64,000 nt of DNA from Candidatus Marinacidobacterales bacterium (GTDB lineage: Bacteria > Acidobacteriota > Vicinamibacteria > Marinacidobacterales > SMYC01): the NCBI GenBank assembly GCA_965224085.1, contig CBDCYI010000004.1, positions 352,001-416,000 of the forward strand, given 5' to 3'. The translations under genes and the position numbers were made by a program. A model generated the notes under the pieces. The model was not told where the DNA came from. It saw nothing but the letters and a program-made list of their open reading frames with translations, and searched no databases. How positions within the stretch are numbered: position 1 is the first letter of the stretch; every line of letters starts with the position of its first letter. This document shows positions 1 through 10,607 of this stretch, piece by piece.

Positions 1-36
1 AGTACGAATCGAGCGCGCTGACTAATCGCAAGCCAA

Positions 37-1356
37 TCAATCGTACGCTTTTTCTGATATTGATCTTCCAGTTTCGATCTTGGCTGCGAGCGCGTCGAGA
101 GCGACGCGGGCTTGTTCGCCGGTGCGCAAGTCCTTCAAGTTGACTTCGTGCGCGGCCCACTCATCCGGGCCAACGATGACGGCGTAGGGAATGCCGCGTT
201 GGCTCGCTGCTTTCAAATCCTTGCCTACCCCCGCGGGGGAGTACGGCGTTTCGGCGTGCTTGCCCGCGCGGCGAAGCTCGGTCGTGATCTGGCGCGCGGC
301 AGCGGTCAGCTCGGCGCCAACGGGGATGACGACAACGTCCGAGCGTGGCGGCGCCTTCGGCATCAGGCCACGATCGCGCAGCATGAGGCTTAGCACGACG
401 TCGCCCATCCCGAATCCGAGAGCGGGCAAATCGGGTCCGCCGAGCGATTGGACGAGGTCGTCGTATCGGCCGCCACCGCAGATTGCGCGCTCCTTGCCTT
501 TCCGGTCGTAGAGCTCGAAAACGATCCCTGTGTAATAGGCGAGCCCGCGCACGATTGAAAAATCCACGTCGACGAAGTCTTCGAATCCCGCTTCGGTCAT
601 CCGCGCGAGATACGTCTCGAGGTCCGAGACCGCCCTTCGTGTCGTTTCGTCGGTGTCGTCGAGCCGAGGCGCGAACCACTCGGAAACGCCTGCGCTACCG
701 TCGCAGAGCTTTCGAATTTCCACGATACCGCTCTCGGAGACCCCGGCATCCGAGAGAAGTTTTGTAAAGGTTTCGTCGGGCACTTTTCGGTACTTGTCGA
801 TGGCGATATAGGTGGCGGCGATGTTGTCTTGCGAGACCTCTAGAAGCCCGAGCGCCCCGGCGACGATCCGGCGATCGTTGACGCGGGCGACGACATCTTC
901 CTTGGTGAGCCCGAGCTCGCGCTGGACGTCGAGTCCTACCGCGAGAAGCTCGGCATCGGCTTCGACCTCGCGGGCGCCGATGATATCGACATTGAGCTGA
1001 AAGTGCTCGCGGAGGCGACCTCGTTGGTTTCTTTCGTAGCGGAACAGCTGGGGGATCGAGAACCACTTGATGGGCTTTTGAAGAGAGGGCGCGCGCGCCG
1101 CCACCATACGCGCCAAAGTGGGCGTCATCTCCGGCCGGAGCGCAACGTCGCGGCCGCCTTTGTCCTGGAAGTTATAGAGCTGAGCCACGATCTCGTCGCC
1201 GGATTTCTTCCTATAGAGCTCGAGGCTCTCTAGCGGTGGGCCGTCATATTCCACGAATCCGTAGCGTGTCGCGACTCGACGCATCGCGTCGAACACGTGC
1301 GTCCGCTCCGCCATCTCCTCGGGGAAGAAATCTCGAAAACCTTTCAGATTCTGCAA
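37..1356 (-). CDS. hisS: Histidine--tRNA ligase
   Basis: KGFRDF, LRPEMTP, FRYERNQRGRLREHFQ, VRGLAYYTG and GGGRYD motifs; C-terminal anticodon-binding domain. Confidence 0.97.
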   Translation of the reverse strand: MQNLKGFRDFFPEEMAERTHVFDAMRRVATRYGFVEYDGPPLESLELYRKKSGDEIVAQLYNFQDKGGRDVALRPEMTPTLARMVAARAPSLQKPIKWFSIPQLFRYERNQRGRLREHFQLNVDIIGAREVEADAELLAVGLDVQRELGLTKEDVVARVNDRRIVAGALGLLEVSQDNIAATYIAIDKYRKVPDETFTKLLSDAGVSESGIVEIRKLCDGSAGVSEWFAPRLDDTDETTRRAVSDLETYLARMTEAGFEDFVDVDFSIVRGLAYYTGIVFELYDRKGKERAICGGGRYDDLVQSLGGPDLPALGFGMGDVVLSLMLRDRGLMPKAPPRSDVVVIPVGAELTAAARQITTELRRAGKHAETPYSPAGVGKDLKAASQRGIPYAVIVGPDEWAAHEVNLKDLRTGEQARVALDALAAKIETGRSISEKAYD

Positions 1357-1391
1357 ATCTGTGAATCCCTTGACTCAAGTTTGTCGAGCGT

Positions 1392-1421
1392 TTGTTTAGG
1401 CTCGTGTCCGGAACCTATAAT
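1392..1421 (+). promoter_or_regulatory. Putative sigma70 promoter of cstA
   Basis: TTGTTT (1392-1397), 18 nt spacer, TATAAT (1416-1421) upstream of ATG 1446. Confidence 0.5.
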
Positions 1422-1445
1422 CCTCGATTCGAAAGGGTGGGTCGA

Positions 1446-3125
1446 ATGAGCCCTATGGTAGCAGCGATTGGCTGCTTCGTCGTCTATCTTCTTGGCTATC
1501 ACTTCTACGCGAAGCGGATCGCGCGCCATCTCTTCGAGCTTACCGGCAAGAACGAGACACCCGCGCACACGCTTAACGACGGGCAAGACTACGTTCCTTC
1601 CAAGCGCTACGTTCTTTTCGGGCATCATTATGCGTCCATCGCCGGGCTCGCGCCGATGCTCGGCCCCGCGATCGCGGTGATGTGGGGCTGGGTTCCCGCG
1701 ATGATTTGGGTCGTGCTGGGAACGATCTTCATCGGTGCCGTGCACGATTTTAGCGCCTTGGCGGTGAGCTTGCGCGCCAAGGGCAAATCGATTGGAAAGG
1801 TGGCCGAGAGCATCATCGGGCACCGGGCGAAGAGTCTCTTTCACGTCATCATTATCTTTCTCGTAGCCCTTGCGATGGGTGTCTTCGTCCAAGTCGTCTC
1901 TCAACTGTTTTCCTCGAATTTCTATCCCGAGGCTGTGTTCCCGAGCTTCTCTTTGATGGTACTGGCAGTAGCGATGGGGGTGCTTTTCTACAAGAAGGGC
2001 ATGCCGCTCGGACGCTTGACTTTCGTCGGCTTCGTGCTCACGCTCGTCGCCATCTACATGGGCCGTGTTCTCCCCACGCCGGATTTGAGCGTGTCCTCGT
2101 GGAGCTACGTGCTGCTCGCTTACGCCTTTGCCGCGTCCGTTCTGCCCGTGTGGCTCTTGCTCCAGCCGCGAGACTTCCTGAACTCGCTGCTTCTTTATCT
2201 GGGGTTGGTCGCGATCTTTCTCGGGTTTATCCTTCTGAGGCCGAGCTTTGTGGCTCCCGCCTTCGACCCGACGCCGCCGGGTGCTCCGCCCCTCTATCCT
2301 TTCGTGTTCATCGTAGTCGCTTGTGGCGCCGTTTCCGGCTTCCATGCGCTCGTCTCTTCGGGAACGACCGCCAAGCAGCTCAACAAGGAGCAGGACGCCG
2401 TCTTCATCGGCTATGGAGGCATGGTCTGCGAAAGTGTTCTGGGTCTCGCGGCCGTTCTTGCTTGCACCGCGGGTTTCGCGAGCACAACGGCGTGGCGCGA
2501 CCACTACTCGAATTGGGAATCGGCGGACGGTCTCGCTTCGAACTTGGACGCGTTCGTCTCGGGCTCCGCAACGTTCCTCGCGAGCCTCGGGATCGAGCCC
2601 GCTCTCGGGAAGGCGTTCGTGGCACTCGTGGCGGTATCCTTCGCGCTCACGACGCTCGATTCGGCCACGCGGCTTCTGCGCTACAACATCGAAGAGGTTG
2701 CTGAGACGGTGAAGATGCCCGTGCTCGCGAACCGCTATATCGCGACGGCGTTGTCGGTCGCGGCCATTGGTTTCTTCGCGCTGCTACAGGTTGATGGCCG
2801 GCCGGCCGGCGTCGTGCTCTGGGCGGTCTTCGGTACAACGAACCAAGTCATGGCCGGGCTGACGCTTTTGACCGTGACGCTCTACCTTTACTTCCGGAAG
2901 AAGAACTATCTCTATACCGCCATCCCGATGGTCTTCATGCTCGTGACGACCCTCGCCGCGATGGTCATCAACGTCCGGAACTTCTTCAACCAAGGCAGCT
3001 ACTTGCTCCTGGCTGTGGGCGGTGTCGTGCTGTTGCTCGCGCTCTGGCTCATCGTCGAAGGTGTTCTCCGCTTCACCCGCGGCCGCGAAGAGGCGGCTGC
3101 GACTTTGCAAGAGGCGCTTAATTAG
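1446..3125 (+). CDS. cstA: Carbon starvation protein A family transporter
   Basis: LFGHHYASIAGLAP, GAVHDF, ACGAVSGFH and TTLDSATRL motifs; ATG 1446 preferred over TTG 1392; the G of the TAG stop is the first base of the IS. Confidence 0.95.
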   Translation: MSPMVAAIGCFVVYLLGYHFYAKRIARHLFELTGKNETPAHTLNDGQDYVPSKRYVLFGHHYASIAGLAPMLGPAIAVMWGWVPAMIWVVLGTIFIGAVHDFSALAVSLRAKGKSIGKVAESIIGHRAKSLFHVIIIFLVALAMGVFVQVVSQLFSSNFYPEAVFPSFSLMVLAVAMGVLFYKKGMPLGRLTFVGFVLTLVAIYMGRVLPTPDLSVSSWSYVLLAYAFAASVLPVWLLLQPRDFLNSLLLYLGLVAIFLGFILLRPSFVAPAFDPTPPGAPPLYPFVFIVVACGAVSGFHALVSSGTTAKQLNKEQDAVFIGYGGMVCESVLGLAAVLACTAGFASTTAWRDHYSNWESADGLASNLDAFVSGSATFLASLGIEPALGKAFVALVAVSFALTTLDSATRLLRYNIEEVAETVKMPVLANRYIATALSVAAIGFFALLQVDGRPAGVVLWAVFGTTNQVMAGLTLLTVTLYLYFRKKNYLYTAIPMVFMLVTTLAAMVINVRNFFNQGSYLLLAVGGVVLLLALWLIVEGVLRFTRGREEAAATLQEALN

Positions 3126-4808
3126 TTCCTGTCCAGAAACACCATAACTTGTTGTGTACGAGAGGCCTATCGAAGATGTGGGTATTATACGTTTTCAGTC
3201 GGCACCTCGTAGGCTCGGAAGCGAATGAAAATCTTGGACGAAACGAGAGGCGAATCGTCAGCAATCCATGGCTATAAACGCAGTAAGAGCAATCATTATT
3301 ATCGTAATAGGTGCCTTGCCATTACCAACAGGTTGCAGGTGATGATGGAACTCCATACGTAGGATTTGAAAGAAGGCAATGAGCGCCATGTGCATCGGTC
3401 GAGACCAAAGACTCGTTTCAAGAACGAAATGACGCCTTCGATTCCGCAGCGAAATCGCCGTAGGCGTTGATAGACCCAGGAACTCTTGACCATATCGGTC
3501 ACCGCGAAGTGAGCCTTGGTAAAGGCAACATCTTCAACTCCCTTGCCTTTGATGGCTTCCAAGTTTGCCTTTGAAGAAAACGCGCCATCGTAGGCAACCT
3601 GGCGCGGGGCCCGTTCGTAGAGTTCGACTTGACGGTCGATCATGGTTTCCGCGAGAGTTGAATCGGACGGATTCCCATCCAAGATCACGCAATCCAAAAT
3701 CATCGAGGACGAGCCACCAGTCAAACACACCTTGTGACCGTAGAGAGTCTCGCGCCGGTCTTTGCGAATAATGTCGGTGTGTTCTTCGAAGATCGAAACG
3801 ACCTTTTCCTCCGCAGGCACACGCTCTTCATCAATCACTCTACGCCGAGTTTGGTTGATGACTTTTTCGGTGAGGACGAGAAAGTGCTTAAAATCCGCGG
3901 CGATCTTCTCCGCACTCGCTCGCTTCACCGGCTCGGTCAAGCCGGACTCGTCCAACTGGTCTGCAACGCGTTGAGCGGAGCGATAGGTTTCTTCCGACAC
4001 CTTCAGTAGATCTCGATAGACGCGACGCCTTTGTTCCTTATCCTTCGCGTTTAGAACTCCCAGTCGACGTCTCTTCGCTCGACGCGTTCGATTGCCGAAG
4101 ACCACTACTGTACCCAGCAGTTCGCGAGTTCGGCACATGAGGCGAGTGAGAACTCGGACGCAGTCATAAAGAAGCTCGGAGTCCGTAGGAGAATGAATAT
4201 TCGACTCCACTACCGTTCAGTCCACTCGTACTTTTCTTCCTTTTTCGATCGCGGTCTTCTCGGCAACACTCACCAACTCTCGGTTGATTTTCTCCAGCGT
4301 TTCGAACTTCACGGCTTTGATGTTTGCTGCTAGGGTCGACTTCGACGGGCTCGGCTCTATGATGCCGAGCTGGCAAAACGTCCGATAGCTTCGAGAGTCT
4401 GCCAAGTGAAACGCCAACTCCCGATAGGTGAACTGATTCAGCTGCTTGACCAACAACGCACGGAGAACCTGCTCCGCGCTCATTCCCCCACGACCAACAT
4501 CGCTCCCTGCCGATGGGGTGACCGACCTCAGGTCTTGCAGTACCAGCTCATTGAGCTTAGGATGGGCATCGAGCAGCGATGATATCGTTTCGAGTTCGCG
4601 TGCGTGCTCCAGCTCCAGCCAGGGCTCGCGAAGGCTTGGTTGTGGGTTGATCGTTTTTCGCATTTAGGGCTGGTCTCCTTTGGAGTTAAGTCGTTTAGAA
4701 TCTGCGTTTTTGTCGACTCGATACTAAACGACACTCCCTCAGAAGGCTAGCCCTAAATTTGCGATTACCCCTTTTTTCTCAACCTCTTACACCTGTCAGG
4801 ACGGGTAC
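3125..4808 (-). mobile_element. IS-A copy 1 (ISNCY/ISDol1-like DDE element, 1684 bp), transposase inactivated
   Basis: Imperfect terminal IRs GTTCCTGTCC / GGACGGGTAC; 6-bp TSD TAATTA at 3119-3124 and 4809-4814; near-identical copies elsewhere in the window. Confidence 0.93.
3299..4663 (-). pseudogene. IS-A transposase with nonsense codon
   Basis: Cys TGC of the other copies is TGA at 4217-4219, splitting the ORF into 148 aa + 303 aa. Confidence 0.92.
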
Positions 4809-4811
4809 TAA

Positions 4812-5588
4812 TTAGCGCGCGCACGTAAGGTGGCGCCCGCCGTCGATGTTGACGGTGTCGCCAGTGATCCATCCGGCCTCGTCCGAAGCTAGAAACGTGA
4901 TCAGCGCAGCGAGGTCTTCGACTTTCCCGACGCGCCCGATCGGATGGGTCGTCTTGCTTCTTTCCAGAAACGCCGCGTACTTCGTCTCATCGAGGCCTGC
5001 CTGACGGTGGAGCTCGGTGACGACGACGCCAGGATTGACGTTGTTCACGCGGACCCCCGCAGGCGCCAGCTCCAGCGCCGAGCAGCGCGTGAGCTGATCG
5101 AGCGCTGACTTGCTCGAGTTATAAGCGAGCACACCCGGGAACGACCGCATGCCATTCACACTCGACACGTTCACGATGTTGCCTTTCCGCCGGATGATGT
5201 GCGGGAGAGAGAGCTGCATGAGATGGAAGACGGAGACGACGTTGATGTCGAACATCTTCTGCCAGTCTTCGAGGGAGGTGTCCTCGATCGTTCCAAAGGC
5301 GATGATCCCGGCCGCATTGACAAGAATATCTAGGCCTTCATATTGAGCCACGGTCTCGTCGACGAGGCGCTTACGGTCTGACACGCTCGTGAGGTCGCCG
5401 GGGATGGCATAGGCCGAGCCGCCCGCGCCCTCAATCTCGAGAACGAGCTCTTTGAGTTTCTCTTCGCGTCGCGCGGTCAACGCTACTTTGGCGCCTTCGC
5501 TTGCGAGGCGCGCCGCCGTGGCTTTTCCGATGCCGCTCGTCGTCCCCGTCACGAGCGCGACCTTGCCTTCGAACCGAATATCCGCCAT
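4812..5588 (-). CDS. SDR family oxidoreductase
   Basis: TGTTSGIG, NAAG and YNSSK motifs. Confidence 0.93.
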   Translation of the reverse strand: MADIRFEGKVALVTGTTSGIGKATAARLASEGAKVALTARREEKLKELVLEIEGAGGSAYAIPGDLTSVSDRKRLVDETVAQYEGLDILVNAAGIIAFGTIEDTSLEDWQKMFDINVVSVFHLMQLSLPHIIRRKGNIVNVSSVNGMRSFPGVLAYNSSKSALDQLTRCSALELAPAGVRVNNVNPGVVVTELHRQAGLDETKYAAFLERSKTTHPIGRVGKVEDLAALITFLASDEAGWITGDTVNIDGGRHLTCAR

Positions 5589-5648
5589 TCAGAACCTCCT
5601 TCGAGCCGACTAACCTAACGCGTTCGGCGCTCGTGAGACAATGCCCTC

Positions 5649-6584
5649 GTGCCAGAGCTACCGGATATCGAAGTTTACCTCGAAGCGCTCGACACGCGTA
5701 TCGGAGGTGAAATTTTCGAAAAGCTCCAGCTCGGAAGCCCGTTTCTTCTCAGGTCGATAGAACCGAGTCCGAGCGAGCTCGAGGGCAAACGGGTCGTTGC
5801 GCTGCGCCGGCTCGGCAAGCGTGTCGTCATCGGCCTCGAGGACGATCTCTTCATGGTGATCCACCTGATGGTTGCGGGCCGCCTTCATTGGAAAGAAGGT
5901 GCCGCTCGCCCAAAGCTCCAAAAGCGTCGCGGTCTCGCACGCTTCGATTTCTCCTCGGGCTCGCTGACGTTGACCGAGGCCGGCACCAAGAAACGCGCTT
6001 CGCTCCGTCTTGTACGGGGCGACAAAGAGCTCTCGCTTCTCGATCCGGGCGGTCTCGAGGTCCTCGAGGCTGACCTCGAAGCATTTGCGCGAGCCCTCCG
6101 TTTCGAGAACCATACGCTCAAACGATCGCTCACCGACCCTCATCTTTTCAGCGGGATTGGAAACGCCTATTCCGACGAAATCCTGCATCGCGCGAAGCTA
6201 TCGCCGGTGAAGTGGACGTCGCGTCTGAGTGGCGAGGAGATCGAGCGTCTCTATGTCGCGACGCGAGAAACGCTTTCGGCATGGACGGATGAGCTTCGCG
6301 CGGAACGAAAAGGTAAATTTCCAGAAAAGGTCACCGCCTTCCAGCCGAAGATGGCCGTTCATAGCCGCTACGGCAAGCCGTGCCCCGATTGCGCCGGGCC
6401 TATCCAACGTATCCGCTACGCCGACAACGAGACCAACTACTGCCCTGGGTGTCAAACCGAAGGCAAGCTTCTGGCGGATCGCGGTCTCTCGCGCCTCTTG
6501 AAGGGCGACTGGCCAAAAACATTGGAAGCGCTTGAAGAGCGCAAGAGCGAGCGGAGCGAGCACCGCCTCGACGCGAAGACATAA
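5649..6584 (+). CDS. Fpg/Nei family DNA glycosylase
   Basis: N-terminal PELP, GIGNAYSDE H2TH motif, CPDC..CPGC zinc finger. Confidence 0.92.
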   Translation: MPELPDIEVYLEALDTRIGGEIFEKLQLGSPFLLRSIEPSPSELEGKRVVALRRLGKRVVIGLEDDLFMVIHLMVAGRLHWKEGAARPKLQKRRGLARFDFSSGSLTLTEAGTKKRASLRLVRGDKELSLLDPGGLEVLEADLEAFARALRFENHTLKRSLTDPHLFSGIGNAYSDEILHRAKLSPVKWTSRLSGEEIERLYVATRETLSAWTDELRAERKGKFPEKVTAFQPKMAVHSRYGKPCPDCAGPIQRIRYADNETNYCPGCQTEGKLLADRGLSRLLKGDWPKTLEALEERKSERSEHRLDAKT

Positions 6585-6685
6585 CGCGGCGGGTCCTCAG
6601 GGTCCGGACGAGAATCGGTAGTTAATCCTGCCCGGACTCTTACTTCGTGTCCGGTTCTGAGCATGCTAAATTAGAAGAACGAGAC

Positions 6686-6916
6686 ATGAAGTTTGCTGCA
6701 GGGTTATTGTTTGGCACGGTGGTCGGGGCGGCGGCCGCGATATTGGTCGCGCCGATGTCGGGGCACCGTCTTCGTAACTCGCTCACCAAAGAGGCGAAAA
6801 AGCTCGCCGTGCGGGCGACCGAGCTCGTCCCCAACGAGTGGGCTGAAATGGCGGAAGAGGAAGTCACGCGACAAATTCTCGAAAACGTAACCAACCTCCG
6901 CACCGCCGGCTTGTAG
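6686..6916 (+). CDS. YtxH-like small membrane protein
   Basis: MKFAAGLLFGTVVGAAAAILVAPMSG..LR pattern. Confidence 0.7.
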   Translation: MKFAAGLLFGTVVGAAAAILVAPMSGHRLRNSLTKEAKKLAVRATELVPNEWAEMAEEEVTRQILENVTNLRTAGL

Positions 6917-6943
6917 CCGAAGACTCCTGTTCGGTTTCTGGAA

Positions 6944-8098
6944 TCACTGCCGGAGAACGTCGTCCAGCGTCTCGACGACTTGCTCTAGCTCCTCCTCGGT
7001 GATCACGAGAGGCGGCAGCAAGCGCAGCACTTTCGGGCCGGCCGTGAGCGCAAGCACACCTTGCTCCGCGAGTGCTTCAAGGTAGGGGCGGACCTTTTGC
7101 TTCAGGGCAACGCCTGCCATGAGCCCTCGACCGCGTACGTCGAGGATCGTCTCCGAATCGATCGCACTGAGTCGCTCTTGCAGATGGCGACCTTTCTCGG
7201 CCACCGATTCCAGAAAGCCTTCGCTCTCGAGCTCGTCAAAGACCGTATTGGCGACGGCGCAGGCGAGCGGGTTGCCGCCAAAAGTCGAGCCGTGCATGCC
7301 GACATCGACCCGAACTTTGTCGTTCACGACGGTCGCGCCCATGGGGAAGCCGCCCGCGATCCCTTTGGCGAGACACAAGATGTCGGGCGAGAGTCCGTAG
7401 CGCGAGCAGGCAAACCAGTCACCCGTGCGCCCGAAGCCGGTTTGCACTTCGTCGATCACGAACAGAACACCCCGTTCGCGGCAAAGCTCTTGCGCTCGCC
7501 ATATGAAAGTCGGCTCGGCGACGTGCACCCCGCCTTCGCCCTGCACGAGCTCGAGCAGTAGCATCGAAACGTCGTCCTCGAGCGCGTCCTCGAGGGCGGC
7601 GGTGTCATTGAAAGCGATGAAGCGCGTACCCGGGACCACCGGTGCATAGAGTTCGTGATGCTTGGGGTTGAAGCTCGCGCTCATCGCGCCGAAAGTTCTT
7701 CCATGAAACCCGCGCTTCGTCGCCACGATGCCTGGCCGTCCCGTGCTCGCGCGTGCGAACTTGATGGCGGCCTCGACCGCTTCGGTTCCAGAGTTGCAGA
7801 GAAAGACCCGGTCGAGCCCGTTTGGACAGCGTTCGGCGAGGCGCTCGATGAGTTTCTCTTTGCCGGGATGATAAAACGAGCCGGGGCAGCTCGTGAGCGC
7901 GCGTGCTTGCCGCTCGAGCGCCCCCGCGACACGAGGATGCGCGTGGCCGAGAATCGCCGCGCCGTGCGCGCTCATACAATCGACATATTCGCGGCCCTTG
8001 TCGTCCCAAAGGCGGGCGCCGCGTCCGCGGACGAGGGTGATGCCGCGTTTCCCATAGACGTCGAGCTCGTGGCTCGTGCGGGTGGCGGTTGGGCTCAT
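6944..8098 (-). CDS. lysJ: [LysW]-semialdehyde aminotransferase (class III PLP, LysJ/ArgD)
   Basis: NSGTEAVE, GFHGRT, DEVQTG and LAKGIAGG motifs; ATGA overlap with lysZ. Confidence 0.88.
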   Translation of the reverse strand: MSPTATRTSHELDVYGKRGITLVRGRGARLWDDKGREYVDCMSAHGAAILGHAHPRVAGALERQARALTSCPGSFYHPGKEKLIERLAERCPNGLDRVFLCNSGTEAVEAAIKFARASTGRPGIVATKRGFHGRTFGAMSASFNPKHHELYAPVVPGTRFIAFNDTAALEDALEDDVSMLLLELVQGEGGVHVAEPTFIWRAQELCRERGVLFVIDEVQTGFGRTGDWFACSRYGLSPDILCLAKGIAGGFPMGATVVNDKVRVDVGMHGSTFGGNPLACAVANTVFDELESEGFLESVAEKGRHLQERLSAIDSETILDVRGRGLMAGVALKQKVRPYLEALAEQGVLALTAGPKVLRLLPPLVITEEELEQVVETLDDVLRQ

Positions 8099-8892
8099 CG
8101 GATCACCGTTCCTTTGCCGGAAAGCGTCTCGCGGACCGGGTGCTCGACGCGGCCGTCTCCGATGAAAACAGCTTCGCATCCACTCGACGCCATGGCCGAA
8201 AGCGCCATGAGCTTCCGCCCAAAGCGCCCTCCCGAACTCTCTTGCCACCCTTTGAGCGCGCTGAAGCTCATTTCGTTCACGAGGCTTTGGGGCTCAGTCG
8301 CATCGCGAAGGAGCCCGCGTGCTTCGATGAGCTGCACGACGCGCTTCGCGTAAAGGCTCTTTTGCAAAAGAGCGACGACGGAGTCGTTCTCCGTATTTAT
8401 CGCGTGTCCGTCCTCGTCGAGAATGGGCACCGTCACAACGGGCGTGTAGCCAGCGCTGAGAAGAAGCCCGATGAGCTCGGTGTTGATGACTTTGGGCTTC
8501 CCCGACGCGTCGCGGACGAGGCGCTTACGTCCGTCTTCGATGATCCGGATCCCGCGGTTGCGCCGGCCGCGCACGAGTGCACCGTCGATCCCGCTCAAGC
8601 CGATCGCGTTCACACCGTGTTGCTGGCAAAGACTCACGAAGCGTTTGTTGACGAGCCCGGCATAAGCCATCGTCAGGACGTCGAGCGCGGCCTCGTCGGT
8701 CAGAACACTCTCGACGCCCGAGGCGGACGTGATGGTGCGCGTCGGGCTTCCGAGTCGCGCGGCCAAGTCGTCCCGCGCCGCGTTCGCCCCGTGCACGACG
8801 ACGTACGGGGCCTCGAGCTCACTCAGATCGGAAGCGATACCGGCTAGGTTGATGGTGGCCCCGCCGCCGACCTTCACGATGGTCGCGTCCAT
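8095..8892 (-). CDS. lysZ: [LysW]-aminoadipate/glutamate kinase
   Basis: IVKVGG, VVVHGA, GLSGIDG and SGKPKVIN motifs; located in the lysW operon. Confidence 0.88.
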   Translation of the reverse strand: MDATIVKVGGGATINLAGIASDLSELEAPYVVVHGANAARDDLAARLGSPTRTITSASGVESVLTDEAALDVLTMAYAGLVNKRFVSLCQQHGVNAIGLSGIDGALVRGRRNRGIRIIEDGRKRLVRDASGKPKVINTELIGLLLSAGYTPVVTVPILDEDGHAINTENDSVVALLQKSLYAKRVVQLIEARGLLRDATEPQSLVNEMSFSALKGWQESSGGRFGRKLMALSAMASSGCEAVFIGDGRVEHPVRETLSGKGTVIR

Positions 8893-9527
8893 CAGAGGGT
8901 CACCGTCTGCCCGTTCTGCATGGGTTGGTAGTTCTCGTCGAGCGGCTCGGAGCACACCGCGCGGACCGCGTCGTTTCGATAGTGGAGGGTGAAATAGTCT
9001 GGCGACTCGCTGAACCGGCAGCGCGCGTAGATCCGATCGTGGTCCGCGACCGCGACGTTCAACGCGCGGACGTAGTCGCTTTTCGAAAAAAGCAACCGTT
9101 CCGTGGCCGCGATTGCGCGGGACAGGTCGCCGTCATGATGATTCGCGGCGCGATCGATGAGGTGAAACACTTTCTCCGCTCCGATACGTCCGGGGACGCG
9201 AAGCCGAACGCCGCGGAGCTCTCCGTTGAAGACGAAGGCTCGCTCGTCTCGATAAAACGGCATGTTGTTCTCGATCGCGATCCCGGTATCTTTGAAAGCG
9301 CTGCGGGCATGTACGATGAGAAAGCCGACGTCATTGGGTATCTGGAACCTGTCGTCCCAGATTGGCGTCAAGCTCTTATGGCGAGACCAGATCCCCGCCG
9401 CCCGCCACGCCGCGCCCCACCCATGTCCTTGATACTCGACGCTCTCGCGGCACTTCCGGCGAAACGTTGCGAGAACCTCGGCGGTCTCGAAGGGCGCGTC
9501 CGAGCGCATCATCAAAAAGCGGCACAT
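8892..9527 (-). CDS. Class II glutamine amidotransferase / Ntn hydrolase (EgtC/Dug3/YafJ-like)
   Basis: N-terminal MCR (Cys2 nucleophile), GHGWG, HARSA, NNMPF, FNGEL and VCSEPL motifs; TGATG coupling to lysZ. Confidence 0.85.
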   Translation of the reverse strand: MCRFLMMRSDAPFETAEVLATFRRKCRESVEYQGHGWGAAWRAAGIWSRHKSLTPIWDDRFQIPNDVGFLIVHARSAFKDTGIAIENNMPFYRDERAFVFNGELRGVRLRVPGRIGAEKVFHLIDRAANHHDGDLSRAIAATERLLFSKSDYVRALNVAVADHDRIYARCRFSESPDYFTLHYRNDAVRAVCSEPLDENYQPMQNGQTVTL

Positions 9528-9532
9528 TGTCC

Positions 9533-9557
9533 CAAGGGTCTCAAGGGTCTCAAGGGA
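9533..9557. repeat. 9-bp tandem repeat CAAGGGTCT (about 2.7 units)
   Basis: caagggtct caagggtct caaggga between lysY and the Ntn hydrolase gene. Confidence 0.7.
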
Positions 9558-9566
9558 CTAAGTTGC

Positions 9567-10607
9567 TCAAAGAGGATGGAGCCCCGGAAAGGACAGTCCC
9601 GTCGTCTCGTCGAGCCCGAGCATCAAGTTCATGCATTGCACCGCTTGCCCGGCGGAGCCTTTCATGAGGTTGTCGACGGCGCTGATCAAGACGACACGTG
9701 AGCTATCGGGGTCGCGCTCAAAGCCGACATCGCAGAAGTTCGTTCCCGCGAGAAGCTTGGGGTCGGGATAGCGGTAGCTTCCCTGACGCTCTTTGATCAA
9801 GCGCATGAAGGGCTCGTCACGATAAGCGGCGCGGAAAACGCCCCAGAGCTCGCGCTCGCTCATCTCGCGATTGAGGAAGACATGGCTCGTCGCGACGGCG
9901 CCGCGCACCATCTCGACGGAGGTCACCGTGAGATGCACGTCGATGGGGACGCCGTTCTCGAGGGATTGCACGATCTCAGCGGTGTGGCGGTGTCCCGTGG
10001 GCGCGAAGGCGCGGACGGAGCCGCTGCGCTCAGGGTGATGGCTCGTGCTCGTCGCGCGGCGTCCCGCTTCGCTCGAGCCCGCTTTGACTTCGATGACGGT
10101 ACGGTCGAGCTCGACCAGATTCTCGCGATAGAGCGGGTAGAGGCCGAGGATAGAAGCCGTAGCGTTACAGCCGCCGCAGGCGACCCGCCGCGCGTCGCGG
10201 ATTTTGTCGCGATGGATCTCGGGGATGCCATAGACGAACTCGCCGAGCTCCTGCGGTCTAGGGTGGTCTCGCCCGTAATATTTTGCGTAGAGAGACGACT
10301 TCTGCAGTCTAAAATCGGCGCTCGAGTCGATGATGCGCTCGCTGAGCGACGAGAACTGCTCCCAGCGCTCGACCGCTTCGCCGTGAGGCAAGCAGAGAAA
10401 GAGAACGTCGCAAGGCTCGAGGCTCGCGAGCGAAGAGAATTGAAGCGACGTAACACCACGCAGATTCGGGTGCGCCCGGCCCACGTTCTTGCCCGCGAGC
10501 CGCTCGGAGGTAACTTGGACGAGCTCGATTTCGGGATGAGCGAGAAGAAGCCGAACAAGCTCGCCGCCCGCATAGCCCGAGGCACCGACGATGCTCGCGC
10601 GAATCAC
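9567..10607 (-). CDS. lysY: [LysW]-phosphate reductase (LysY/ArgC)
   Basis: [21 protein letters not shown] and [11 protein letters not shown] motifs. Confidence 0.9.
   Translation of the reverse strand: MIRASIVGASGYAGGELVRLLLAHPEIELVQVTSERLAGKNVGRAHPNLRGVTSLQFSSLASLEPCDVLFLCLPHGEAVERWEQFSSLSERIIDSSADFRLQKSSLYAKYYGRDHPRPQELGEFVYGIPEIHRDKIRDARRVACGGCNATASILGLYPLYRENLVELDRTVIEVKAGSSEAGRRATSTSHHPERSGSVRAFAPTGHRHTAEIVQSLENGVPIDVHLTVTSVEMVRGAVATSHVFLNREMSERELWGVFRAAYRDEPFMRLIKERQGSYRYPDPKLLAGTNFCDVGFERDPDSSRVVLISAVDNLMKGSAGQAVQCMNLMLGLDETTGLSFPGLHPL

Noticed and set aside
4217-4219. TGA at a Cys position read as selenocysteine
   Set aside because: Other IS copies have TGC with the same downstream sequence; a simple nonsense mutation is the simpler explanation.
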